From Macrostomum lignano (taxonomy: Eukaryota), in contig NIVC01000630.1 of NCBI GenBank assembly GCA_002269645.1, positions 186,001 through 250,000 of the forward strand: a stretch of DNA of 64,000 nucleotides, given 5' to 3'. Position numbers and translations under genes: made by a program. Below the pieces are notes generated by a model. The model had not been told where the DNA came from. It saw only the letters and a program-made list of their open reading frames with translations, and searched no databases. Numbering within the stretch: position 1 is the first letter of the stretch; each line of letters starts with the position of its first letter. Shown here piece by piece: positions 38,801 through 50,649 of the stretch.

Positions 38801-40178
38801 TTGTGACGTATTTAAGTCAGTAGTAATAAAAGATACTAATTAGTAGTAAAAAAGCAAATCAAATATCAAAATTCACATTGGAATAAATTTCACATTTAAA
38901 TCCATGATGCGGGGTTTAAAAAGGCGCCACGCGACGTGAGGCAATTAACGGAAATTAGCGCAGTATAATAAAACTAGTCGTGGGCCCAATTACGTTCATA
39001 TTACAACACTTGTAAAATAATAACAAAAATTTGTCCCGGGATTCGGCACTCCCGATCCCGGGATTTCCGATCCCGGGATTTCCAATCCCGGGATTTGGGC
39101 CCAATCCAGGGATTTCGGGATCCCGGGATCCCGGGATTGCAATCCCTAGTCTTTTGTCAGTGACGTTGATCTGTTTGATTTAAGGTAAATTTTTGCAAGT
39201 TTTGAGGTTAAGCCTTTGAATTTGTCTGCAGCTTGAGACAACGATTCGCCAGTAAAAGTGTTTCGAAAAATAAAGCTGTTGAAAATCAGTGAAATCACTT
39301 GAATCGAACACTTCAGCTGCGCTACAAGCCGGTGCCGCTGCCGCCACGTGAGCCCGACTCGTCCGAGCCGGTGTTCGGCCGCAACGACGTCACCGAAGAG
39401 AAACTGCTGGAACGCCGACGACGCGCCAAGGAGGTGGCAGTCTCCCAGCTTGACGACGTCAACGCTAAGAAACGAGAAGAATTGCTACGCCGGTTGCAGG
39501 AGCAGAAATACGAGGAGGAGGTGCTGCGTAGGACTCGAGAAGAGTAAGTGCTCATTAGTATTATCTGCTTGGTTTAGCAGCTCATACCTCAGCCGCCCCC
39601 CTGCGCAGCTATGCCAAGACAGTCAGTCAGCGGCAGCAGGTTTTGGTGGGCGATGACGCAAACCAAGGTGGCAGTCGACTCGTAGCCGGTGACGATTTAG
39701 TAGTACATAAGTCTTATATAGTTGTTTATGCGTATGCTCATTCTGCTGATCCCTGAATGAGTATAGATGGCACGCATGCACTCACACGGGGTTGGCCCTC
39801 GTGGGTGTGAAATTTGCGACGTGCTCAAGTGTCCAATTTCCATTACACTATCATATTAATTTATCAAAGAAACCAAAGGCTGTCATTCCATCCCAAAAAT
39901 ATCACCATCGCAGTCTCGTGCGCGATCGAGCCTGGCGATTCGACCGGATGCAGCGCAACCGGAAGGGTCTGGAGGACGACTGGAGCCAGGCTGCGCAGAT
40001 CAAGCGCGACAGGGAGCTAGCAGAGAAGATGCGCGCCTCATCGCCAGGCGGCCTAATTCACGAGCAGTGCGACAACCACAGGCGCTGCAAGCAATGTAAA
40101 AGGCGGTTGAATAACAGCGGCGAAACTAACGTCTGGTGCGAGAGCTACTACGTGCCTGGCAGCCGCTACCTCACGTGA
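32363..40178 (+). CDS. CCDC81: Coiled-coil domain-containing protein 81 (ciliary/centrosomal, N-terminal HU-like domains)
   Basis: Phase-consistent exons 32363-32444, 33328-33389, 33474-33893, 35038-35108, 35945-36051, 37019-37526, 37749-37863, 38082-38438, 39317-39543 and 39914-40178. Recognisable segments: GVHIPNFGTFSFVQKKLDVGNAKYLLIQRPVF, RPGTADSV, AGQELCYVCHQRA, RLEQVQLAEDLAAQR, REPDSSEPVFG and RRCKQCKRR...PGSRYL. Confidence 0.92.
33945..34910. repeat. 22-bp minisatellite, about 43 copies (CCDC81 intron 3)
   Basis: Unit gctttggcgcc(c/t)cctca(a/c)(g/a)gta. Confidence 0.95.
35630..35910. repeat. Compound microsatellite (TAGA, TAGG, CATA, CAGA, GACACTAA)
   Basis: Direct reading. Confidence 0.95.
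36228..36242. promoter_or_regulatory. RFX X-box-like motif inside a CCDC81 intron
   Basis: gttgctattggcaac fits GTNRCY-N(0-3)-RGYAAC and is preceded by a gcgcgcgcgc tract. Confidence 0.45.
38633..39148. mobile_element. hAT-type MITE in a CCDC81 intron
   Basis: TIRs tagggattgca / tgcaatcccta. 8-bp TSD gtcttctg / gtcttttg (7 of 8). Subterminal atcccggga palindromic repeats. Confidence 0.85.
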
Positions 40179-41310
40179 TTGCCAAGGTCGCTTGACTGCG
40201 ATAAATTCGTCAGTCTGGCTAGATCACGTGACTAGATTTAAAAAACATTTTCTCGACCGCATAGATGTCTATAGAAGATGGCTGACAATATTTTATTTAC
40301 CTGGACCACCAAAATTTTGATAAAACATGTTGACGACTTTGATCAATTACTTACTGTGACAACGTACCTAAAAATATTCAATTAAAATAATCAGCTGTAT
40401 TTAATATTTAGCGTCCGTTAACTGTGGCTACTCATCTGGTTAATGTAAATATTAAATTAAAATTTCTTACAGCAACCAGTGGCCACTTTTAACCTGCTGC
40501 TAAATATATATACCAATACCAACTGTCATGTCCTTATGGTCCGAATATTAAGCCATTTTGACCAGCAACCTTTAAATTAATACGACCAAATAAAGTTTGA
40601 AAACACACGCTTATTGAAAAGTACGAGTAGCTAGTTGGGTTGGAGATCGCTGAAATAAAACTCTAAATCGCACAACTTTAGCCGTCCAACAATGGAACAC
40701 CTAATCACTGTTCAACCCACTTTCTTGCTATCTGGGTGTCACAGAACTTTTAGCACGATCATGTGACCTTGCTTTATCGGCTTATCGATTTTTTGACTGG
40801 CCCCAGTCGCTCCCTTACCCCGATTTCTACCCCAGGTATTGACGCCGCGTGTTATCGATTTTCTGTGTGCCCTTGCGGCTCTGCCCACACCCCTCATCCA
40901 TACCCTACCCTACCCTCCTGGTTTATCGGCGCCGAGGCTCGTATTTGGGGTGGTTGTAGGTTATCGATTTTTCGCTCAACCTCACTCGTCTGCCCCATAC
41001 CATAGCTGGCCGCTTGATTTAGATAACATACGCTCGTATGTGTATTTTTGTTCCCTGATAAACAAAACATAGTAAAAGTTTTTCATGACATGGTGTGTGT
41101 GTACTTTCAAATCTAGCATTGAATTAAGACAGGAGATTTAGATTGTAACTAAGTAAGCTAAACTGTTTTCCTTGTTTTCTCCATTTTTACTCTGACTGAA
41201 TTTAGACCCGCATATCTTTCCGTCCGGTTTCGCCGTGCACTGGAACATGTATTGATAGAGTTTAGTGATAGCGAAAGGCTTCGTGATATTTATTTATTAG
41301 TAAATGCTGG

Positions 41311-42844
41311 ATTAAACCCCAAAAGACTAACGCAGAGTAAAAGCAAGTGGCACAAAAGACCGGCAGACGCGGCCCAGAAAGGGAAAACGAACCCCTTAAG
41401 CGACGAAATATATTGATTTTGTAATTTAAAAGAAAAAAATATTTTGCCAAAATTACGCCGACTCAGCGGCCGCGACGCGTGACTAAATAGCACAGAGCGG
41501 GGGGAGGCTGCCCTAAGCCCTGCACGCACGCAGAGCACCAGCACCCCACCAACCCACCAAAGCGAGGCCGGGCCGGCGCGGGGGGGTTTAAAACCAGTTA
41601 GAGTCAGATACCTGCCTCAAACTGACGTATTAAACCCCAAAAGACTAACGCAGAGTAAAAGCAAGTGGCACAAAAGACCGGCAGACGCGGCCCAGAAAGG
41701 GAAAACGAACCCCAACACCAACAGAAAGAGGGAGAAGGAGACAAGCGTGTAAAATCAAATCAACGAGCCGCAGAAAAAATTAAACCAAGCCAAAAAAGCC
41801 AGGTCCAAGCAATAGCTCTAAGACTCGTACCTGAGCTCGGGATCTGCTTCAGCCGTCGCAACTCGCTCCGCTCGAGAACTGCGCCAGAGACCGGGGCTCA
41901 GCGCGAGCGACGCCTGCTCAAGCAACCGGGCCGCCGTTGACTCATTGAGGCAGGCCCTGCGCAGATCTTCCGGCTGCGCCTTGGCCCGGCCGAAGTAGCG
42001 CAGCAGAAACAGCAGCATGTGGCGGGGATGCGTCAGGCAGCGCGACAGCGGGTCGCTCAGCAGCTGCCAGGACCCCGGCATATGGTGAGCTCGAAACTGA
42101 AAGTCGTGCCTCAGCGCTGCCAGAGTGGCCGTTTTGAGCAGGGTCATGACGATCGGGTTGCTGGAGGCACCGCGGTTGATGGTGCCGACCGCCGCGCTGC
42201 TGTCGACGTAGCAGGCCACCTTGCCGCCGGCCAGCTGCTCCTGGAACAGAATGATGGCGAGCAGCGGCAGTACCGTCTCCTTGGCGTTGATGTGCTCGCT
42301 CAGGAAGATGCCACCGGCGTCACTGCAGAAGTCGACGAGGCGGAACTCGCGCTGGCCATCAGAGGTGCTCAGGATCATGCCACCGGCACTGACGCAGGCG
42401 TCCGTCTCGACCGCTGCCAGCACTCGTGCACGCCGCCACAGCTTGTCGGTCGGGAACACTGGGATTGCATGCTGCCAGAACTGCAACTGGGCCAGTAGCT
42501 CGCCGCGCACCGGTACTCGATGATGCTGCTCAGGAATAGCGATGGTTATCTCCAGGAGCGCGCGAAGCAGGGCCTTTGCAGGTTTGGCCACTTTGCAGAA
42601 CCAGTTCAGTTTGCCGACTAGGTGCTGAAGGCGACGTTTTTGCAGGCTCTTCGAGTTGGCGCAGTCCTGGAGAAGTTCTCGAAGGCCGTCCATCTTCTTA
42701 TGACGCACGCATTGATGACGCACGTATATTTTTTATACGCACGCAGAGCACCAGCACCCCACCAACCCACCAAAGCGAGGCCGGGCCGGCGCGGGGGGGG
42801 TTTAAAACCAGTTAGAGTCAGATACCTGCCTCAAACTGACGTAT
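41311..42844 (-). mobile_element. Non-autonomous tyrosine-recombinase (DIRS-order, Ngaro/PAT-type) retroelement with split direct repeats
   Basis: In element orientation: A1 (42844-42737), ORF, B1 (41713-41629), A2 (41630-41524), spacer, B2 (41395-41311). The B copies are identical (85 bp); the A copies differ by one G. Confidence 0.85.
41818..42723 (-). CDS. DIRS-type RT thumb/connection plus RNase H (301 aa); RT core, gag and recombinase absent
   Basis: LQHLVGKLNW..., ETDAC, HINAKE, VDSSAA and HHMPG...SDPLSR follow the D-E-D-D pattern of DIRS1-type RNase H. Confidence 0.85.
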   Translation of the reverse strand: MRHQCVRHKKMDGLRELLQDCANSKSLQKRRLQHLVGKLNWFCKVAKPAKALLRALLEITIAIPEQHHRVPVRGELLAQLQFWQHAIPVFPTDKLWRRARVLAAVETDACVSAGGMILSTSDGQREFRLVDFCSDAGGIFLSEHINAKETVLPLLAIILFQEQLAGGKVACYVDSSAAVGTINRGASSNPIVMTLLKTATLAALRHDFQFRAHHMPGSWQLLSDPLSRCLTHPRHMLLFLLRYFGRAKAQPEDLRRACLNESTAARLLEQASLALSPGLWRSSRAERVATAEADPELRYES

Positions 42845-44536
42845 AAAAAATAACATATAGAATAGCCTGCATCAAATATCAACAGAATATTGTCTCTCTG
42901 CTTTGCTTTCTTCGATATTTTTTTGCTTTCGAATATCGTATAATTCCTGTAAAGGAATGATTTTCAAACTTTAAATTTTGTGCCGCCGAAACAATCTAGA
43001 CCGCTCGATTTTTGTTATTTGTCGAAACTTTCGATGGACTTTCCGTTGAGCTATGTGGTAGTTCTGCTCTATATTTGAACAGGTTGTCTCAATAGTTGCA
43101 GACACACTACTACTCTGACGAATTGACGAGTAGCATCTAACGTATCGTATTTAGGGTGCATGCAGAAATATGACTGAATACGTTTTTAAACAAGACAAAG
43201 ACAAGAGAAACTTTTGTATTTTCGACTCCGCTCTCTTGCAGATCATTCAATTGTTTTGTTGCACTCGTTCTGCTCAGTTCGTGGCTTCGTCTAGAGAATA
43301 TGCTGCTGATTTTGTTAATACACTCTGTTACTGCTGAATCATGAAAGTCTATATTTTGCTATTTTTCTAACCTTTGGCTTCGTCCCTACACTCCACCTTC
43401 AAACTTTTAGCAGTCGACTTTCTGCATACGTGTCTGCGCTTTGGTATTGAAAATTTAATAAGAAATATACAGGTTTGCCCTGCATTGAATTGAAACGAAT
43501 AATAAATACGCCAAAATTTCGGGCATTATAATAAATTATAATGGCTCTTACTTCTCCAAAGTGTGGTCGGACTACTTATAAATAATCCATAAGGGCTGCA
43601 AGCCTCATTACCGCGCTCTCCCAGTCAAGTCCAGGCTTCTATTTGAAATGATTTACAACTTGACCCTTCTGTTAAGGAATTTTCCCAATTCTCGTGCATG
43701 GAATTTCTAGGCATCAAAATGAGACACCCTCTCATTTTTATTCAGTCGCGAGACTTTTAGCTATTCAATCTGCAGATTCTTCAGAAAAGTTTTCAATACC
43801 CCCCCCCAGTAATTATTTAGTTATGGAAGCAGGTATTTTCCTGACAGAAGTAGCTTTTTCTTAATAAGGATTTCCACAGTAGGCAGGCGAGAGCCATTTT
43901 CATGAAATATTTGTAGCCCTGCGCAGCGCAGGTGTTGAAGTAAAAAAAACTGCAATTATCCTTCTAAATAGGACCCTGCCGCTGCTCTGGAACATCTGTA
44001 ATCATTTCTTCCCTTCCCTAATTTAGATAATAAGGGCTTGTTTAAAACTTTTTACTCCCTGCATTGTCTCCTTTTGTGAAGAAAAAAAAACAAAATTTTT
44101 GCCATACAAATTTGGCAAGAGATAATTCTGGGCTACATTCAGTTGAATGACCATCCTAGTACTGGCAGTAAAGTACTGCCAAAGTGTACTGTTTGCGAGT
44201 TGATAGCTTTCTAGACATTAGGTCAGCAAAATATGAAAAATGATATTGGTAAACACCTTCAATAATAGCTTAAGAGTGTACCTGCACGCGACAATTTTAT
44301 TACAGATATACTTTATAGCAAAATGAACTAAACAAATATTTTTCTTGTGGGTATTTACAGCTTTATTTACAACGTGCTAAATTTAAAGGAATGGTAATCT
44401 TCATTGACCCCAGATCAAATGCAATCATTGATTTTGTGATGAATAAAGAATTTTTCCTATCTCCGCAGTGTGCTTTTTCCCAGGAAATTAGCCTTCAAAA
44501 ATACACAATCATTGAGTTTTACGTCCTGTTGTACTA

Positions 44537-46115
44537 CACCTTTTCATGTTCAATTTTGATCAAAGTCCAGTTCTAAAAAACTAGCGGAAATTCAATTCAG
44601 ACAATTAAAACTGGGGCAACGCTTACGGAAAATCAATAGAAACAAACCCCTGTTCAAAACATTCTGCCACCGAAGCAAGATTTAGCCATAGACAAAATTG
44701 TCCCCAGTCTGCATTGTCTGAATTCTACACCTTCTTCTTTCCATTCTATTTTGGCAAACGTGCAATCAAATTCAAAATCTTTTCATTCAATTCAGACAGT
44801 TTATGGTAGTTCTTGGCCGGACGTGCATTCAATTCCGACAAATGTGCTTTCAAAAGCGACAATTTTCAAACAAAGCAAACAAGCTACCACGAGAAGCCGA
44901 CACTTTGCAATCAATTCAAACAATTTGCAATCAATTTCGACAGTTGGCTATGAATTGGCTTTTTCTGTCCTCCTATCTATGGCTCATACTGCGAAATTTC
45001 CAATCAATTCCGACAAATTTCAATCTATTTAGACAAGCCATTAGAGTACATACTACATGTACTGTACATTTACAGTATACTTCAAAATGCAACAGGACAA
45101 CTAAAACTGAAACATTCAGCAGAGCTCATGAGGTTCATAAAGATTCAGCAGTCAGATTTTAGCCATCAATCGGCACTTCCGCAATGCAGCGCGGTACATA
45201 AGTCAGACAATGGTTGTACCAAGCCGTGCAGTTGGCTCCGGTGACGACGTTTACACAGTACTATTCGTTACTCCCTCAAGCATATCGCGCCGATATGCTG
45301 CTTTGGTTCGTCCAGCAAGAGCTTGCTGGTCGGGGTTCAGAAAGGCGTCGATGTTTGTGGCTAGCTGGACTTTAATCGCAGCCTTCCAAGCCGATATCGC
45401 ATTCTCGACGGGTGTCAAGCGACAAGCGTATTCTTGAGGTCTTCTTCTGTACAATACAATTCGATTTAAAAAGCTACAGTAGCTCCTACATGTATGCTTC
45501 GTTCTGTCAAATGAAATGGTACCCATACTTAAATTTCAAATTTTTCTCTTCATGATGTGTCTATGGCATTGAGTCATGGCCCCATCTAGCCTCAATAGTT
45601 GGAAAAAACTTTCGTTTCTGTTCGTTGCAAAAGTACAGAAGTATATGTGCAAGGCTAAATCTATGGGTGTTCCGAATCTCCAAGTTTCTCTCCATGATGT
45701 GTCAATGGCATTTAGCCCTGGCCCCACCCAAAGTAAAAAGTAGCTTGTCTCACCCAAAGGAATTGATTGGAAATTTTGCAGTATGAGCCATAGATAGGAG
45801 GACAGAAAAAGCCAATTCATAGCCAACTGTCGAAATTGATTGCAAATTGTTTGAATTGATTGCAAAGTGTCGGCTTCTCGTGGTAGCTTGTTTGCTTTGT
45901 TTGAAAATTGTCGCTTTTGAAAGCACATTTGTCGGAATTGAATGCACGTCCGGCCAAGAACTACCATAAACTGTCTGAATTGAATGAAAAGATTTTGACT
46001 TTGATTGCACGTTTGCCAAAATAGAATGGAAAAAGGTGTAGTCTAGGAAATACTAGTGTATTTCCACTAGTTTTTTTAGAACTGGACTTTGATCAAAATT
46101 GAACGTAAAAAGGTG
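44537..46115 (-). mobile_element. Tc1/IS630-like DNA transposon remnant with long IR/DR-type inverted repeats
   Basis: TA flanks at 44535-36 and 46116-17. Outer IR of about 55 bp. Inner IR of about 280 bp at 44728-45011 / 45759-46038. Internal transposase C-terminal remnant. Confidence 0.75.
45158..45420 (-). pseudogene. Frameshifted C-terminus of a Tc1/IS630 (DDE_3-like) transposase
   Basis: LTPVENAISAWKAAIK (an L-N-P-I-E-N-type motif), then after a frameshift NVVTGANCTAWYNHCLTYVPRCIAEVPIDG*. Confidence 0.7.
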
Positions 46116-49100
46116 TACAGTACTCGAACGTGGTCCTTCAATCTTCAATCTTCAATCGATAGAGATCTGAGATATAGCACCTACATTGGATAGCACGTAT
46201 CGAAGACACGTTCTGAACGTATAGAACCTCATTCTACATTTATGAATGAAAGATATTTCCACTATCTAAATATAGACTTATTAAACAAGCAAAATCTATA
46301 CAATGCCCTTGGCAAGTAACCCTTGGCAGATTCTTGCATTCCTGCAGTGTACGACCCACTCGTATCACAAAAGTTTCTGTAGTTCTTTTTTGTACTAAAA
46401 TTAGCTACAGGTTCTCTTTTCCAAATTCACAGATTAAAGATAACTGCGTGACAGAGCCGGAGATGATCAGGAAAATACAGCATCTCCGTCGCATAATCTA
46501 TCCCCTATCCGACAGTTGATAGCGAATAGAGCTAGCTAAATCACGATACGGCGCAGCAGCTGTCAAAGCTGCTCAAACTAAAGCTCTCCGATTCAATCTC
46601 CCAGCAGGTGAAGCCGGAGCAGCCGCTAATGGAGTAGATGCATAGAGAAAAAAAACTATCGAGAACTATTCGACAGCTGCAGACTGTATTTGCGCCTCTT
46701 GCCGAAAAACAAACTTCCCATCGGGTCTGTTTCCCAACCAAAGATACACAGGCAGTCATATTTTAAAGATGCTCGTCAATAAAAAAGTGGACCTAAGGAC
46801 GGTCTTTAAAAGAAGAGTCACGAATCCAGTTAACTTTGGCCTTTATTAGTTCTTTCATCCAATTCCGAGGGGTCTAGAATGAATGGATTAGAATCATCTG
46901 TCAAGAGTCGCTGTTGCGTGCTAATTTACTCGAAAATTATCGCTGATTACAGGAGAGGGCTGTCTGATATCATATCTCCGAAAATGGAGCAGACAAGAGG
47001 TTTTTTTCGGCGCTCAATTCAGTTGCAGCTGCATATTTGTCTGTGCAATTATCTGCGAAATTGTCCGTTAGGCGACTGTCTTCGTTATCATTGCTGTGAC
47101 CTTGTCGATGGTTGATGTGTAATCTTGTCGGATGAACGTTTTTTGCCGTTATCGTCGCTAGCGAATTCAGAGCTCTGGAGAACGCATATGGGGTTTTGCC
47201 ATAGACAATTACAAACAACCTTGTACGCTATACTCCGTGAGCCCTTCAAGCAGTTCACCAAGAACCAATCTGGCCTGGAAGTATCATAGAAGCACAATCC
47301 GAGAAAGTTCTACCGAGAAAGCATATGCCCCATGCACATAGTATATTTCAGATGTCCTGGAGAAAACAGACGTGACGACACAATCAGAAAAAGCTAAGTA
47401 TTAAACACTATGCTAGTCACGTTGTTCTGCACTCAATGCAGTGGTCAGGTATGCTAAGCCTGAGAATGAATCTGCCGTGCGAAGTGTTGTCTTACTCGAT
47501 TCGTATCCCCTCGGACTCCAGATCCCGGACATTGCCGGAGGCAGGTTGCGTCAAAGCCTCTGCAGTTGCGAGAATCCGAACACTCCGAAAAACGAGTCGG
47601 CAGGGTATGTCGACAAAGGTAGAGTAAGGTTAGTTTTTGTTCATCTGCTTGTGCTGCCCGCCCCCCGCGGCAAAAATTCTCAGTAGCTACAAGCGAAAAA
47701 TACTCGAAAGCGAAGCACTATACGTTTATATACTTCTTCATGCACTTGTACAACTTCTTCTGCTAAAGATCTCCATGATCTTTGACATGCATGCACCAAA
47801 GTTAAAGCATAATTCGTTTCTTTGACGCAAAGAGAAAATTTGCAAAAAGCAGTTGTATAACTATATAACTAGACTTGTAGCCACTGAAATCTAGCAAGAA
47901 ATTTCAGGAAAAAAAACAGTTTGAAAATGAAACAATCGAGCTCGCTGATTACAACCGAATTGGGATTTGCAATTAATTGAAATCGCAAAAAAGACTCCTC
48001 TCTGCTAGCTCAGTTAATCTAGACAGAGAGCGAGAAGACTCTGGCTTTTCAGTCCGGCGAGTTACTCACTCACGAGTTACTCACTTTTGTCAGTTTTAGG
48101 ACTTCCTTCGACACCCGCCTTCTGCGCCGCTATCAAAGCGAAGAACGCATGGGGGACTGCGAAATCAAAGGAGATTGCAGATATAGCTACAGTTCGTCTC
48201 ACTTTACAATTTTCTGCTGTTGAAAGATTTGCTTTGAGGTCAACGCCAATTGCTGTTGTAGGCTAAGCCCAAAAATAACCAATCCCTTTTTATGATTGTT
48301 TTCAATCTTTTCATAAAGCTCAACGCCTTTACAAAAAACGTAAACAATGCTGCAGTGCGAAATACGAGTACAAGAGGGCTTGTCCCAAAAGTAGTTTTAC
48401 TTTTAATCATTTCTCTCGTTCTGATAGTCCAAATAACGTGATTTCATATTAATTTGAACATATTTTTATGTAGACAATTTAAACAAAAGTGAACGAAAAT
48501 AGACTTGCAGCTGTAAGTCAGCAAGCCAGTGGAAAAGTAGCGAGAGTACTTTTTGGAATGGTCTCAGATTTATTTTTTTGGCTGCTGTGACACAGAGATG
48601 TCTATGGTAGAAACATGAAACTTTTTAAGAAGTAGAAGACAAGACTCTTTGAACAATTAATGCTATTGTGAATGAGCCGTTTCTGCTGCGTGAGTCTAGT
48701 AGGACTGATCAGATCAATATAGTGAATTTAGTAATTATAAAAACAGAAGGCGCTTAGCATTACACCAGGCCAAATCACTGTGAGCCTCCATATTCTAGAC
48801 TTAAGTTCAACTTGGTTCATTTTTAGCTAACCTTCCATGCCAACATGGTTCTTAATTATTGCATTTGTACTTAACGACCACAGCAAGGAAAACCTATTGA
48901 ATAAACTAGTCACGAAATTTTTCAGCTGTCTGCTTGCTTTTGTTCCTGTCACGAACTGACAAATATCTTGCTCCAGTTAATGAATTGCATTGGATGCAAA
49001 GTATGTTATTTTGCTTGAATCGCTAAATTGTAAATTATTCAAGTCGACTTTCGAATTGATTCTGGTTCTGACGTTGTTTGCAAAATAATTAGTGGCAGAG

Positions 49101-50649
49101 TCAGAACTTCCTTAGCAGTTTTATTTAACAGACAGAAAAATATCATTCGATCGTGACTTCACATATGGGGATTAAAACGCTTAAAACATGAAAATACGTC
49201 TAAAAAGCATGTGCAAAAACAGAACTATTTACGATTAACTTTAAAAATATTTTAAAAACAGAATTTACTGGCGCAACTCAGCAAAGCGAATGCACAACAT
49301 CAATTAATGCAAATTTATGACTTATCAACGAGGACAAAACACAGTAAAAGCTCTGACTTGTTTACAACTCGATTTTTTTATCACAGCCTCAAAAATAACT
49401 AAAGAAATTGTCGAGTTAAACAAGAAAACTATTGATGAAACTGCTTACTGTTACGAGTCTATCGACTCTTATTTTAGAGTTGACTCACGAACTATACTCA
49501 AGTGTAAGGACAATTGGAGTGTTCTCGAAACAGATTCCCTATCTCCATAATAGACGATTTTCGGGCGGAAATGACGCCTGCCTCAAGTGACGCTTTGCAC
49601 TATCGAGGACTTTCCTTCCATTTGAGCAAGTCCTCTTGAGTCGATGCATTGCTGTGCAGTATAGAAACGCAACAACAACAACAACAACAACAGCAACAAC
49701 AACCTTTTAGGGCAAAGACAAGACAGGACAATACAAGGTTACAATCGCTGATTGATATTTCGCTAAAATATGCAGTAGCTATAAATAGATTACAATTTAT
49801 GCAAGAATTACAACAAGACGATAATAAAAGTCAAGAAATTGGACGTAGCTTTGACATTAAACAGCATACTTTTTGGTAGGTGTATTTGATTGACAAAAAC
49901 GGTATTCGAGTAACAACAAAATGCGAACGGGAATGAACCATTATAAAATTCGATGCAGCTTGGATGAAGACCGAACAGATGGTCAATTGGGGTCGCGATA
50001 ATGTCCGGGCGTGGAGGTTGAAACGAGTCCTAATTTCAAGGTTTATTTTTTCTCTGCAGAAATCCTGAGACAGACGACTCAGCGCGGTGGAGCATAGGTA
50101 GCGGAGTTGAAATGGCAATAATGACGTTTGAGTTAGCCAATTATAAACATTATAGATTGATGAAAAACAGCGTTTTACATGTACTAAAGACAACAAGAAA
50201 AACATTTTAACGAACGCGAATAGTCCACCGCCTTTAGTCCATCTTGTTTATGTCAATTAAGTAAGTAGGACAGGAAGTCGATAAAACCTAGCGCTTTCAA
50301 AGTTCCGTTTAAACAAAAGCGGCGTCACCCACCTCACGCCCCGGCTAGGACTGGCCATCAATTCCTTTCTTTCCTTCCCCGGGCATGTACATGGGCTACT
50401 GTCTCGTACATTGGATTGAACAGAGTCCGCGCTCCCTCCCTTGCACTAAACCCATTCCAAGTGTTCATTTCGATCAATAGCATTATCTCTAACAGTTCTT
50501 ATCTGCTATTACCTATAACTAGTTCAAGTCACCAGCAAACAAGACCACACAGTTGTAAAAAAAATTGTTATGCAAATTCGATGGCCTGTTTGATAAGTGG
50601 TGCAAACAAACCTTAATTTCGTACTACGACATTCTTTAACAACTTTTTA

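Noticed and set aside
44751-46019. Identical ORFs on opposite strands (MANVQS..., MVVLGRTC...)
   Set aside because: Artefact of the 280-bp inverted repeat arms.
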